Below, piece by piece: positions 49,559-64,000 of a stretch of 64,000 nt of DNA (its first letter is position 1; every line of letters starts with the position of its first letter). Made by a program: the position numbers and the translations under genes. The notes under the pieces were generated by a model that searched no databases, was not told the origin of the DNA, and saw only the letters and a list, made by a program, of their open reading frames with translations. Origin of the DNA: the human T2T-CHM13v2.0 reference genome, Homo sapiens; assembly GCF_009914755.1 (NCBI RefSeq), contig NC_060927.1, one strand, 5' to 3'.

Positions 49559-52308
49559 GCACAGGCTCCTCACTCTTCTCCATCAGGCATTAAATGAATG
49601 GTCTCTTGGCCACCCCAGCCTGGGAAGAACATTTTCCTGAACAATTCCAGCCTGCTCCTTTTACTCTAGGGGCCTCTGTCAGCAAGACCATGGGGACTTC
49701 AAGAGCCTGTGGTCAGGAAATCAGGTCCAGCCTTCCCTGTAGCCAGACAGTTTATGAGCCCAGAGCCTCCTGCCACACACATGCACACATATCTAGCATT
49801 CTTTCCAGACAGCATCCTCCCCGCCTTCCACCTTGGTAGATGCAAGGTCTATCTCTCCCATCAGGGCTGCCAAAGCTGGGCTTTGTTTTTCCCAGCAGAA
49901 TGATGCCATTCTCACAAACCAATGCTCTATATTGCTTGAAGTCTGCATCTAAATATTGATTTCACGTTTTAAAGAAATTCTCTTAAATTACAATTGTGCC
50001 CAATGCAGGGTGGCTCTGGGGGGCAAGTAGGTGGTACAGGGGATTGGAAACATGCTCCGCGCCTCCAGAGAAAAGTTGCTCCCGAGGTCCATGCCCCTGG
50101 AACGTGTTCCTATCACTCTGGCTGGTTGGGCTGGTCCTTAGACTGGGTGCTTATGATTAAAGGGTCTTGGTTAGCCCACTTTCCCTCTCCATGTGGAGAT
50201 GGAAGGTAGAGAAGGATACAGTGTCTATCCTCAAGTTGCTACGGTTCAGTGAGAGAGGCAGACATCTGAACAGGCAGGTAGGATTCAGTGTGCTCAGTGC
50301 ACTGGGGATTTGGAGAGAGATGGGCTTGCTCTCTCTGTGCACCCAGGAGGGCCACGCACTTAAAACTGTGTTTGTGGATCAGAGAAGGCTTTATAGCACA
50401 GGGGGCATTCAGATGAGTCTTAGAGGAAGAGAAGAAACATGGCAAGCAGATTACATCTGAGCCGTTTGAATTGTGTTTTTCTTTCTTCCCATGTTTATTT
50501 TCTAAGATCTACCTGAACTTAGAGACTCAAGATATTTTTTTAGGAAACCTCCTACCCATGTCTGAGGTAGCAAGTGCAGCCTCACGACAGATACCAGGCA
50601 ATCCAGAGCCACAAAACGTGATTCCTCCAGGCTCTGCCTGGCCTGACCCTGTCCTGTCAGCTGGGTTTACATACCAGTCCCATTCTTCCTTTTCAATACC
50701 TACCCCCAAATCTTCTCCTAACCACCATCTGTTTTTTTTTTTTAAAGCATTTTTTGCTTTAAAAGCATCCTGACCCCAATTTCTTTGAGCTCACGGGCCT
50801 TTTGCTGAAGGTCTCTCAGGGTGTAGTGGTGTGGCTCTCTGGACTTAACGTCACTCTCAGAGGTCAGAACCTTGGAGATCAGAACTGATTCTCACCAGGT
50901 GTGAGAGGTGTGGTAGCAGATTGCAATGCTCTGCACCTCTTCCTTGCAAGTGAGCAACTTCAGGCTCTCTGGGCAGAGGCTGGCCCACTGTAGTTTGCAG
51001 ACATGCTCTCCAGATGGTTTTACTAAGTCCCCTCTCCCTGATAGGGAATCCTGCTGGACCAGCGCAGCCCTGGTGTGGAGAGGTTAAAAGACTTGCACAG
51101 GATCACCAAGTCATGCTGTAGAGCCAGGATTCCTAGACCCAGGGCTCTGCACTCTCAAGGCTGGCCCCATGTGCTCAAGGGGATCTAATGTTTGGGCTCC
51201 AAACTAACCATCTCGGAGCTGGGCTCCTCATTTACTGCCAAACCCTCAGCTTATGTAGCTAGAAAGGGCCCTGGAGTGAGAAAGCCTGGATTTTCAAATT
51301 GATGCTCCCCTACTGACTAGCTGTGCCACTCTGGGCAAATGCTCTTCCTTGAGCCTGTTTCCACACCTGTAAAGTGGGGATGATGATCCTATCTCACTGC
51401 TTTTGTGAGGATTACAGGAAAGCACCTGTCCTGGCTCTGTACCTGGCACGTAGTAGGTGCTCAGTTCATGCTGGTTTCCTTCCTGCCTTTAGTAGGGACC
51501 TGCTCTGTGCTCACACCTCGGCTGCATGCACCCTGCTGTGACGGAGGCTAGTGTGGAAGAGGTCCTGTCCTCAGGGAATTAACTGTCTTATTGGGAGACA
51601 ACAACTGTCCTCCTTGGAACACCCAAGAAACCATGCAAAGCAGTGGACAACACAGAACACGCCCTCCTCCTCGCTGCCTGCAGCTCCAATCTGATTCTGC
51701 TTGGGAATGGGCGGAGCACGTGGGCTGCTTAACTGCTGTATAGGACAAGCCCCTTACCCCTCTCTGGGCCCATGAATTCCTGGCTTGGTTTATGTTCTGA
51801 TTTGACACACTGATTTTAATCTTCGAATCATGACACTGAGTGCAGAGGAGGTGGCATTCCGACAGCAGGACATACATGTTGGTGTGAAGACTGGGACGAC
51901 ACTGGGTAGAATCTAGTTTTTAATTATTATTAATATAAAGGATCAAATTAATTTAAATATGATTCTGAAGTCTACAGAACTTTTAGTTCTGTGCTGTCTA
52001 TGTGGACACTTTGGTAAAATGCAAATTATGATATGGACGTTATCATTGGTCTGGTGAGATGTTTCATATTTGTGACAGTTAATTTAAAAATTATGAGTTA
52101 ATGCTGCCTGTGTCTATGGGGTTCTGTCTTCTTTGATAGCCATCTATTCATCTGGATCATGGGACCCTCTCTAATCCTTCCACCAATCAAATAAGCTATT
52201 GCTATTGGTTTGGAGTTGAGATATCAGTCTCGGAAACTTCTGAAAAATGCTAATAATTACCCAAGGATTATGTCAAATTTTAAAATAAATGTGTGTGTGT
52301 TTCTTTAA
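49559..52308 (+). other. ST6GAL1: ST6GAL1 3' UTR (~2.75 kb, contains MIR fragments ~51060-51470)
   Basis: Continues from the stop codon to the first well-formed AATAAA, followed by GT-rich and T-rich sequence. Confidence 0.8.
52284..52289 (+). terminator. ST6GAL1: Polyadenylation signal
   Basis: AATAAA followed by (GT)5 and TTCTTT; cleavage expected ~52306-52308, with T-rich sequence downstream. Confidence 0.85.
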
Positions 52309-52757
52309 GCTGCTTCTCTCTTCTTATTTGCTAAATGAACAACTGCTGATTGCCAACTTTTATCTCCAAAGAGGACACAACTGAGATCCTGAACCCCCCA
52401 GTCCTTACCCACTGGCTCCTCTAGCCTTAGACTTACTCCTCAGTACTCCAGGAAAAGAAATGTGAACTTTACTGGAAGGATCACCTCTTTGAAATATTCA
52501 CTGGTTTACTGATTTTTTTATTTTTATTTTTTGTTCTTGCCTGGATTCACATAACTAACCTGTTGCATCAAAGAAGAGATGGAGTCGGGCAGAAAGCAGA
52601 ACATAAGGAAGATCCTTCCCTCGGTTTCCAAAACTCTAAAATCCTTAAATGAATGATGTCTTAAAAGGATTTAAAATGTTTGGACACAAATCTTGAGAAG
52701 GAGCATGAGTTAGGGGAGAGAGGATAATTCCTTTCTCCTGTGAACTGCCCACCCCCT

Positions 52758-53010
52758 TGTTACAGGTTGAATTGTGTCCCCCCAAGATTTGGATGTCTGA
52801 AGTCCTAACCCCCAGTACCTCAGATTATGACCTTATTTGGAAATAGGGTCATTGCAGATGTAATTAGTGACGATGATGAGGTCATATTGGAATAGGTTGG
52901 GCCCCTACTCCAATATGACTTGTGTCCTTTTGAAATGTGGAAATTTGGAGACAGGCATGCACACAGGGAGAATACCATGAAGGCTGAGCCCACAGAGATA
53001 CCAAGCACCT
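52758..53010 (+). mobile_element. MLT1B/C LTR fragment
   Basis: tgttacaggttgaattgtgtccccc...gaagtcctaacccccagtacctcag...ttatttggaaatagggtc. Confidence 0.8.
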
Positions 53011-54517
53011 GCAACCTCCACTCCCACCCGACTAGTAGGGTTCTCACTGACAAAGCCCGACTTTCAGTGTCTTAGATACTGTTCTTAGAAAGTGCTTCAT
53101 GGCCTGGCAGTGTGCTGAACCCATACCAGTGCCTGGCCTCTAGAGCCATGAGCAAGATGGGGAGAAAGGACACACAGGACTCAGAGACTGCCACCTCCTT
53201 TCTAGTCCCAGGTCCTTGTCCTCTGGATGTCCTTGGTTTCCACTTCCTTCATGACCCCCGGCGCAGCCCTCTGGGATGTGTTGTAATGTGACAGAAAGTG
53301 GCTCTAACACCGCTTTCCACTCTCACTTAGGCCAGGAACACTCGCTCAGGAATCTCATGCTATGGGATGGGATAATGGCATCAGCTCAGGAGAGAGGAAA
53401 AGGCCTTCTCAGTACCCCTGAAATCCCACCACCCAAAGCATTGATGTCCCCATCCAGGTGTTCTCAGGATTAATCAGAAAACAAGTTTATAATGGGAAGA
53501 GGAATTCTCTTTGACCCAGTGAATACACATTAAACAGCCATCATGTGCCTGGCACTGGGAACAGGATGAAAACCCACAGCACCTGCCTCCCAAGGAAATG
53601 GAGGGCCACAGGAATGGGCCTGCCCTGCCTGTGGATAGGTATTATCATACTAATGTGAGATTAGTGGTGTTATTTTCTGGAAAGCTAAACCTGGATAACA
53701 CTGCTATTGTTAGGCACACATCCATAACTACTTAGAAGAAAAATAGTATGCAAATGCCAAATATGAAGACGTGATAATACAAGGTAAAGTAAAATAATGG
53801 TGTTATAGAGGAGATAGTCATTTTAACGGGGAGATTTGGGGAGTCTTGAGGATGGGCAAGATTCTTTTTTCTTTAAGTAAAATGCAACTTCTGATTATGA
53901 AAGTAATACATATTCAGTGTCAAAAGAACAGAAAATTTTAAAAAGAGAAAAAGAATCATCTTCCACATCCATGATCCAAAGGTAACCTCTACCAGCAGTT
54001 TCCAATCCTACTTTAAAAACAATATTTTTATACAAATAAAAACCCATCTTTTTATTTAAAAAATACATTATAAAAATGCCTGTGGATCATTAAGGACTTT
54101 TTGAAAACAGGCTTTGTAATGGTTGAATGATATTCTATCATAAGGATGGGTTACAGTTTACACACAACTTGTTCCTAGAGTTGAGCATGCAGTTTATTTA
54201 CATTTGTTTTCTCCAAAATACCAAATATATAAGCACATGTTCTCATCTCTGATTGTATCCTGAGGTGAAAAGTGGGTTCATGGGGTGGGCTGGGTACTAT
54301 TTTCCCCTCAGGAATTGTGGCTGGGAGACTCCGAATCATATTGGGGGAACTTCTGGAACAGTCTTACAGAATTAGAAACAGACAGACCAGGGGTGAAACC
54401 GAAGGCAGCATTATAGGATTGCTGGGAACTCTGTTACTTTCTCTGGTTAATTATTTTGCTATTTTTTGGTGTTGTTTCTCCATACAAATTAGTCATAAGG
54501 ACCTCCAATATGAAGAT

Positions 54518-55110
54518 CTGTATTCGTTATATATGGCTAACAAATGACTTCAAAATTTAGTAGCTTAAAACAAAAGTATATTAGTTTGCTAAAGCTGCCA
54601 TTACAAAATGCCACCGACCGTGTGGCTTAAGCAACAGAAATTTGTTTTCTCGCAGATCTGGAGGCTGGAAGTCCAAAGTCAAATCGTCATCAGGATTGGT
54701 TTCTCCCGAGGCCTCTCTTGTTGGTTTGCAGATGGCCACCCGCTTCCTGTGTCCTCATACGGCTTCTCCTCTGTACACATGATCCCTGGTTGTCTCTGTG
54801 TCCAAACCTCCTCTTAGAAGGAGACCAGTCAAATTGCGTTAGGACCCACCCTAACGACCTCATTTTAAATTAATCACCTCTTTAAAGGCCATCCCTCCAA
54901 ATACAGTCACATGCTGAGGATTGCGGATTAGGACTTCAGCATATGAATTCTGACGGGACACAATTGAGCTCATAACAAGCAATAAACATTATTTTCTCAC
55001 ACAGTTACTATGAGTCAGAAATTTACGAGTCATTTAGCTAGCTACTTCTGGCTTGGGGTCTCAAAGATTGCAGCCAAGATGGCAGCTAGGGCTTCATTAT
55101 CATCAGAACT
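54518..55110 (-). mobile_element. MLT1A-like LTR (~54577-54977) nested in an older MLT1 LTR
   Basis: Inner element tattagtttgctaaagctgcc...gacacaattgagctcataaca; outer halves ...gcttaaaacaa | caataaacattattttctcac... rejoin. Confidence 0.7.
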
Positions 55111-55140
55111 TAGTATAGTATATATCCTATATTTCATTCT

Positions 55141-55457
55141 TTTCTTTTTTCTTTTTTTTCTTTTTTTTTTTTTTTTTTGAGACAGTCTCGCTCTGTCACC
55201 AGGCTGGAGTGCGTCCTTGTCGCGATCTGTGTTCACTGCAACCTCCGACTCCCTGGTTCAAGCGATTCTCCTGCCTCGCCTCCTGAGTAGCTGGGATTAC
55301 AGGCACGCACCACCATGCCCAGCTAAGTTTTGTATTTTTAGTAGAGACGGAGTTTCACCATGTTGGCCAGGATGGTCTTGATCTCCTGACATTGTGATCC
55401 GCCTGCCTTGGCCTTCCAAAGTGCTGGGATTGCATGCATGAGACACCGCACCCAGCC
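55141..55457 (-). mobile_element. AluS(c)
   Basis: TSD ATA(T/C)CCTATATTTCATTCT on both sides. Confidence 0.93.
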
Positions 55458-55716
55458 TATACCCTATATTTCATTCTGCCTTTCAAACTACCAAGTTTTC
55501 TGTTGCCTTATGTTTTACAATATACTTTAACCTATATTTCCTCTCTTATCAGAGTCAGGAATGAAACAGTATCTTGTATTTTTATAAGATAAGAAGTTTG
55601 ACACACTTTTATTTTTTAATCACCCATCCTTAGTTTTTATTAACATTAGAATTTTGGATTCAGAATATCATTGTTCTTTGGAAAATAATTTTTGGTAATA
55701 TCATTCGGCTTTATAA

Positions 55717-56245
<529 letters not shown>

Positions 56246-56993
56246 TGACAGCTCCATTCTTAATGCCCTTTATTTGCTTCATTTATCGCTCTGTTGTAGT
56301 ACATCTTCAAATAATTTTTTCAAGGATACATGAATCCTTGCATATCTGAGAATGTCTCTTTTTAATACATGAATGTTGAATTGCCTGGGTGTAAAATTCT
56401 AGAGGTAACATTTTTTTCTTTTAAAACACTGTACAGTGGAATCATTCTGATTCAGTTGCAAGGTTAAAAAATTAGCATAGAAGGCAAAAATCATGCATAG
56501 AAGTTAAAATCACTCTGAATTTAATTCCTTAAAATGTCCATCATACCAGGGCTGGGCCCTTGGAAACTCAAAAGCCTAGGATGATCTTCTATTTTTGCCT
56601 TTGACTGAAGTTCCCCTTTCTCTGAAGCAGAGAAGGCCAAACATCTGCTAGCAAAGCAAAAGTTTGAAATTGGATTCTTGTTAGGCAAAACATAAATTAT
56701 TCTATGTAGTTATGTAGATTGGTCCCAAAGGCCCAGGCCTTGGAAGAAGTCTGTCTGCTTGAAAGGACCACCAAGCAAAGTCAACTAAGATTGAGCACCA
56801 TGTGTTCTGAGAAGCTTTCCCTGATTCTGCAGCCCCTCCCCGCTAATAAAGCTTTGGTAGGTGCCCCTGTGCTTCCCTTTTCCATTCTGTGGTTGTCTCC
56901 GCATACGTTGCATTACAGTAAAGTAATGTGTTGAGCCTCCTTGGGACAGGGCTTTGGTCTGATTTGTCTTTAGTGTCTTTGGAAGATGAAGAT

Positions 56994-57276
56994 GGGCCGG
57001 GTGCGGTGACTCATGCCTGTAATGCCAAGGAGGGAGGATGGCTTGAGGCCGGGAGTTCAAGACTAGCCTGGGCAACATTGGGAAACCCTGTCTCTACAAA
57101 AAATAAAAAAAGGGTTGGGTGTGGTGATGCCCTCCTGTGGTCCCGATACTTAGGAGGCTGAGGTGAGAGGATTACTTGAGCCTGAGATGTCGAGGCTGCA
57201 GTGAGCTATGATGGCACCACTCACTGCAGCCTGGGTGATATAGCAAGACTCTGTCTAAAAAAAAAAAAAAAAAAAA
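56994..57276 (+). mobile_element. AluJ
   Basis: J-type motifs (ggatggcttgaggcc, gaggctgcagtgagctatgat); poly(A) tail. Confidence 0.9.
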
Positions 57277-57771
57277 GATGTTGATGATTGATTGGTTGAA
57301 AGTTTGTTAAACTAACAGGAAGATACAGTATTCTAGAAACACAATACTAACCAATTTCCTTGGGTTCTGTTATTGTCAGATAAACTTCTTAATTGTGCCA
57401 ACGTTGTGACTTCAAAAACTGTACATTTCACATTGAAAAGAAAAAATCAACAGAGAACATTTCATCCCTAGGTGTTTCATGTCCTGTGCTAAGCGGGCCG
57501 GTGAGAAGCCCAAGGTAATATGCATCAATAAACCCACTTTGTTTCTAAAGCAAATGCTCTTGCTTTCTCAGAACACATCACCTCAGCCTTCCAGAGGAAT
57601 AAAATAATGGTAAGTTTAATAAAATAATTAAATAACCAAATCCTTACTGATGGGGTCTTAGTGGTCAGAGAGTATTCCACATTTCTGTTATAATATCATA
57701 GCTTCACAGACCCTTTGTAGATTCTTGTGTCACAGACAATAGTCATTTACTCTAGGAAGCTTATCCTGTGA

Positions 57772-58120
<349 letters not shown>

Positions 58121-58749
58121 CATATTTCTTTAAACGTATAAAAGGGACTTTCAGTGAGAAAGAAAAATACATCCGGAGGATGTGCCATATTTTCCTTTTA
58201 TTTTAATTACAAAATTACTTCATGTTTATTGTGGGAAAACATAGTAGTATAGATAAAAGGAAAATAAAAACACACTTTGTTACATTTCTTTCTAGACCAA
58301 AATTTGCTATGTCTCTCTTAAGAGTGAATTAAAAGAGCTTCCTGTCATTTATTTATCTTTTACAACTTCCTCTGCATAGTGGAGGTGGCACAACAAAGCC
58401 CGAAACATTCCTAGAATTTCATTTCCAGGCAGCTTAAACTAGGAAATTAGTGTCGGGGGTGTGCCAATTCTTTTCTGCACTAAAAAAAAATTTTAACAGT
58501 GTGTATGATTGGCACAAAATAAACTGCACAATTTGATAAATTTTGGCTTATGTATACAACTGTGAAACCATCACCACAATCAAAATGTAAACATATCACC
58601 CATTAAGGTTGTTTCTTCATTCCCCTGTAACCCCTTCCTTCCATCCCTCCCTGCTCCTCCCTATTCCCAGGAACTTTCTGTTTTCTGCACTACAGATTAG
58701 TTTGCATTTTTCAGAATTGTATATAAATGCAACCATACAGTATGGACCC

Positions 58750-59260
58750 TGTATCTATGTCAGTCAGGGTTCAACAAAAGAGAGTAGGGTGGGGGTAAAA
58801 TATATGTATCAATCTGCTACAGGAAATTGGCTTTATGCAACTGTGGCAGCTGGTCAAGGAGTCTCTTTAAGGCTGTTTCCATGTCTGATGCTAGAGCTGG
58901 AAGTCTACTGGGCAAAAAGTCAAGACGATCACAAGTGGGCTGGCATGGGGAAGCATGAGCTGGAGCCTCACAAGGACAGGCTGAAACTCTTGTCCATTCT
59001 TGTTGCCTCTGATGTTGGTGATGAGGGTATCCTGCAGAAGCCAGGGCGCTTTGTCACAGAACTAAACACATACATGGTCCCAAAGTCAGAAAAACTGGTG
59101 AATCCAAGGGTAGGTAGTAGAGCAACTGTAGGCCCAGATGCTGCTTCAAAGTAGCTGCTGCCTTTTTCCCACCGTCTAAAGTCCCTTGTTGCTAACTCTG
59201 ATAGGAAACATACAGGAAGTAGAATTCTTGGACAGTTTAGACTGGCCAAGTACAACATTA
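58750..59260. mobile_element. ERVL/MLT2-like LTR inserted in L1M
   Basis: tgtcagtcagggttc...aggaaattggcttt atgcaactgtgg...gctgg pattern interrupting the L1M 3' UTR. Confidence 0.45.
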
Positions 59261-59276
59261 CAAATCCATCACTTAA

Positions 59277-59667
<391 letters not shown>

Positions 59668-60700
59668 ACATACTCTTTTTTTTTTTTTTTGTCCAGCTTC
59701 TTTTACTCAGCATAATGTTTTGAGATTCATCCATACTGTAGTGTATATTAATAGCTTATTCCTCTTATTGCTGAGTAGTATTCCACTTTGTGGATATACC
59801 ATATTTGTATAACAGTTATCTTTGTTGTTGAACATTTGGATTGTTTTCTAGTTTGGGGATATTATAAATAAAGTTGCTATGACCATTTGTATACAAGTCT
59901 TTTATTTCTGCTGGGTGACTTGTAGGAGTGAAATGGTTGAGTCATATTATAGGCATTTAGTTAATTTTTAAAGAAACTGCCATATTGTTTCCTAAAGTGG
60001 TTGTACTATTTTAAATTTCCACCGGCAGTGCATAAAAATTTTAATTCTGCCACATTATGGCTAACCTTAGTTTAAGTCTTTTTAATTTTAGACATCATAA
60101 TCGGTGTGTTATCTTATTTTGGTTTTAATTTGCATTTCCCTAATGGCATATAATGTTCATCATCTTTTCATGTGCTTATTTCCTATCCATTTTCTTTGAT
60201 GAAGAATCTTTTCAAATAATTTGTCCATCTCTTAATGGACAATGATTGTTTATTGTTATATTATTGAGTTTTTAAGAATTTATATATTTATGTATAAATT
60301 TATATAAATTATTTATATATTATATTTATATATTCTAGATACAAGTCTTTTATCAGGACTTGTGATTTGTAAACATTTTCTCTCAATCTGTGGTCTGTTT
60401 TTTTCATTCTCTTAAAAATGCCTCTAAAAAACAAATTTTAAATTTTGATGAAGTCCAATTTATCTTCTATTGATCATGTTTTTGGTGTCATAACTAAGAT
60501 GTTTTGGCCTAACCCCAAGGTTATAAAGATTTCTTTTAAAAGTGTTACAGTTTTAGTTACATTTAGGTCTATGATCCTAATTTTTTTTGTATTGGTGCAA
60601 TGTATGGAAGAAAGTTGGGGTTTTTGCACATGGATATTCAATTGTTCCAGTACAACATGTTGAAAAGAATATGCTGCCTCCACTGAATAGCTTTTGCACT

Positions 60701-60731
<31 letters not shown>

Positions 60732-60870
60732 TCAATTGACCGTATATGTGTGGATTTACTTCTGGACTTTGCTCTGTTCCATTGGTCTATTTGCCTATCT
60801 GGATGCTAGTTACACACTGTTATGATTATTGTAGCTTTAAATTTCTTTAAATTTTTTTTGGTGGGGGGTA

Positions 60871-61012
60871 TAGCCGGGCACGGTAGTACATGCCTGTAGC
60901 TCCAGGTACTTGGGAGGCTGAGGCAGGAGGATCACTTGAGCCCAGGAAGTTCAAGGATATCTTGAGCAACATAGCAAAACCCTGTATCAAAGAACAACAA
61001 CAACAACAAAAA
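60871..61012 (+). mobile_element. FLAM (free left Alu monomer)
   Basis: Single monomer with (CAA)n tail. Confidence 0.75.
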
Positions 61013-61486
61013 TTGGGAGGGTGAGGGTATCTTTGGTCCTTTTACATTTCCACGTAAGTTTTAGAAATAGCTTGCCAGCATCTACAAAAAAAAGCCTGCT
61101 AGATTTTGACTGAGATTGCATTAAATCTATGGATCAATTCAGGAAAAATTGACATCTTAACAATAGTAAGTCTTCTAGTTCGTGAGTGCAGTATATTTCT
61201 GCACTTATTTAGGTTTTCTTTAATTTCTCTCAGAAATGCTTTGTAGATTCTAGTTTATGAGTCTTGCACATCTTTTGTCAGATTTATCCCCCTAAGTATT
61301 TCATATTTTTGATGCTGCTGTAAATGTTTGTTTTTAATTTCAATGTCTGAATGTTTGTAGCTAGTATATAGACATACAGTTGACTTTTGTATCTTGATTT
61401 TGTGTTTAGTGATCTTGCTAAATTTAGTTCTAGGGGCTTTTTTTGTAAATTCTTTGGTTTTTTCTTTTTTTTTTTTAAATAGGTAG

Positions 61487-61752
<266 letters not shown>

Positions 61753-63879
61753 TAATGTGTCTTTTTAAAAATTTACTTTTACTTATATTATTTTTAATTG
61801 ACAAATCATAATTGTATTACATGTATGGAATACAATATGATGTATACACATACACATACATGTGGAGTGATTAAGTCAAGCTAATTAACATATTCACCAC
61901 CTCAATTATTTGACATTTTTTGTGGCAATACATTTGAAATTTACTTTCTTAGTTATTTTGAAATATACAACATATTATTGAATATAGCCAGCCTGGTGTC
62001 CAATAGATCTCAAATCTTGTTCCTGCCGTCTAGCTGAAACTTCATACCCTTTGACCAGTAGTAACTCCCCATTCTCTCACTCCCCTGACTCCAGTATCTG
62101 GTAACCATCCTTCTATTTTCTACTTTTGTGAATTCAGCATTCTTAAGATTTCACATATAAGTGAGATCATGTGGTATTTATCTTTCTGTGCTTGGCTTAT
62201 TTCACTTAGCATAATGTTCTTTAGATGCATCCACGTTGTCCCAAATGACAAAATTCCATTCTTTTTAAAGGCTGAATAGCATCATTCTATTGTGTATATA
62301 TGCATTTTCTTTATCCATTCATCTATTGATGGACACTTAGATTGATTTCCTCTCTTGGGTATTGTAAATAATTCTGTAATAAACATGGGAATGCAGATAT
62401 CCCTTTGACTACTGATTTCAATTCCTTTGGACATATTCCCAGAAGTGGGATTGCTGGATTATATGGCAGTTTTATTTTTAGTTTTTTGAGGAACTTCCAT
62501 ACTTTTTTCCATAATGGCTGTACCAACTTACATTTACATCAGCAGTGTACAAATGTTCTCTTTTCTCCACATTTTCACCAATGCTTGTTTCATCTTTTTG
62601 ATAAAAGCCATTCTAACAGGTGTGTGGTGATATCTCCTTGTGGTTTTAATTTGCATTTTCCTGATGAGTGGTAATGCTGAGTATTTTCTTGTAAACCTGC
62701 TGGCCATCTGTATGCCTTTTTTTGAGAAGTATCTGCTGAAGTCTTTTGCCCATGGATTATTTGTTTTCCTGCTATTGAGTTGTTTGAGTTCATTATATAT
62801 TTTGAGTATTAACCCCTTATCAAATGTACGGTTTCCAAATACTTTTTCTCATTCTGTGTGGGCTGTCTCTTCTAAACTTGGCAGATTGTTTCTTTGGCTG
62901 TGCAGAAGCTTTTAAGTTTGATGCAATCTCATTTGTCTATTTTTGGTTTTGTTGCCTGAGCTTTCAGGGTCATATAAAAAAAAATCTTTGCCCAGACCAA
63001 TGTTAAGGAGTTTTTCCCTGTGTTTTGTTCTAGTAGTTTTATAGTTTCAGATCTTACATTTGAGCCTTCAGTGCATTTTGAGTTGATTTTTGTGCTTGGT
63101 GTAAGGTAAAGGTCTAATTTCATTCTTCTGCATGTGGATAACCAGATTTCCCAATGCCATTTATTGAATAGACTTTCCTTTCCTCATTGTGTGCCTGGCA
63201 CCTTTTCCAAAAATCAATTGACCATAAATAGGTGGGTTTATTTCTGGGCTTTCTACCTGTTCCATTGGTTGATGAGTCTGTTTTCATGCCAGAACCATGC
63301 TGTTTTGACCACAATTGCCTTATAGTATATTTTGAAGTGTGGTACTATGATGCCTCCAGCTTCATTCTTTTTACTCAGGATTGTTTCAGCTTCTCATGGT
63401 CTTTTGTAGTTCCATACACATTTAAGAATTATCTTTTCTATTTTTGTGACAAATGGCATTAGAATTTTAATAGGGATTTTATTGAAGATATAGATTTCTT
63501 TGAGTGGTGTGGACATTTTAACAATATTAATTCTTCTAATCTATGAACATGAGATATCTTTCCACTTATTGGTGTTTTCCTCAATTTCTTTCATCAGTGT
63601 TTTATAGTTTTTAGTATACAAGTCTTTTACCTCCTTAGTTAAATTTATACCCGGGTATTGCTGTGGCTCCTCTCGTTAATTCTTTCCAGGTAATGCATTA
63701 TTGGTGTATAAAAAATTACTGATGTTTGTATGTTGGATTTGTATACCGCAACTTTGCTGAATTTGTTGATCAGTTCTAACAGTTTTTTTGTGAATTTTTT
63801 TGGGTGGATTTTCTATGTATAAGATTATGTCATCAATGAGGAGAGACAGTTTCACTTCTTCCTTTCCTATTAGGATGCC

Positions 63880-64000
63880 TTTTATTTTATTTTATTTTAT
63901 TTTATTTTTTTTTGAGACGGAGTCTTGCTGTGTTGCCCAGACTGGAGTGCAGTGGTGCAATCTCGGCTCACTGCAACCTCCGCCTCCCGGGTTCACACCA
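63880..64000 (-). mobile_element. Alu 3' end running off the window
   Basis: (TTTTA)n tail then gagacggagtcttgct... Confidence 0.9.

Overview
This is human (primate) genomic DNA holding the 3' two-thirds of ST6GAL1 (beta-galactoside alpha-2,6-sialyltransferase 1) on the + strand. A 132-nt non-coding exon (12488-12619) has an HNF1-type proximal promoter in front of it. Five coding exons (16450-17056, 24997-25094, 46604-46702, 47914-48088, 49317-49558) splice in frame to 1221 nt = 406 aa + stop. A ~2.75-kb 3' UTR ends after AATAAA at 52284-52289. The rest is intron or flank filled with about 27 Alus, a full-length disabled antisense L1PA (~26.05-32.17 kb), older L1/L2/MIR pieces, MaLR LTRs and DNA-transposon relics. 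There are no prokaryotic features, and I cannot claim a new biological system; nearly all other ORFs in the track are repeat-derived or chance. The best leads are all untested inferences: (1) an L1 antisense-promoter/ORF0 cassette whose ATG-AAC-CAG|GT donor is in frame with the catalytic exons; (2) a UG-repeat-adjacent cryptic poison exon with a perfect donor (TDP-43-like architecture); (3) inverted L1 copies bracketing three exons whose back-splice would be in frame; (4) three fold-back/template-switch scars. Repeat subfamily names and most repeat boundaries are by eye and approximate.
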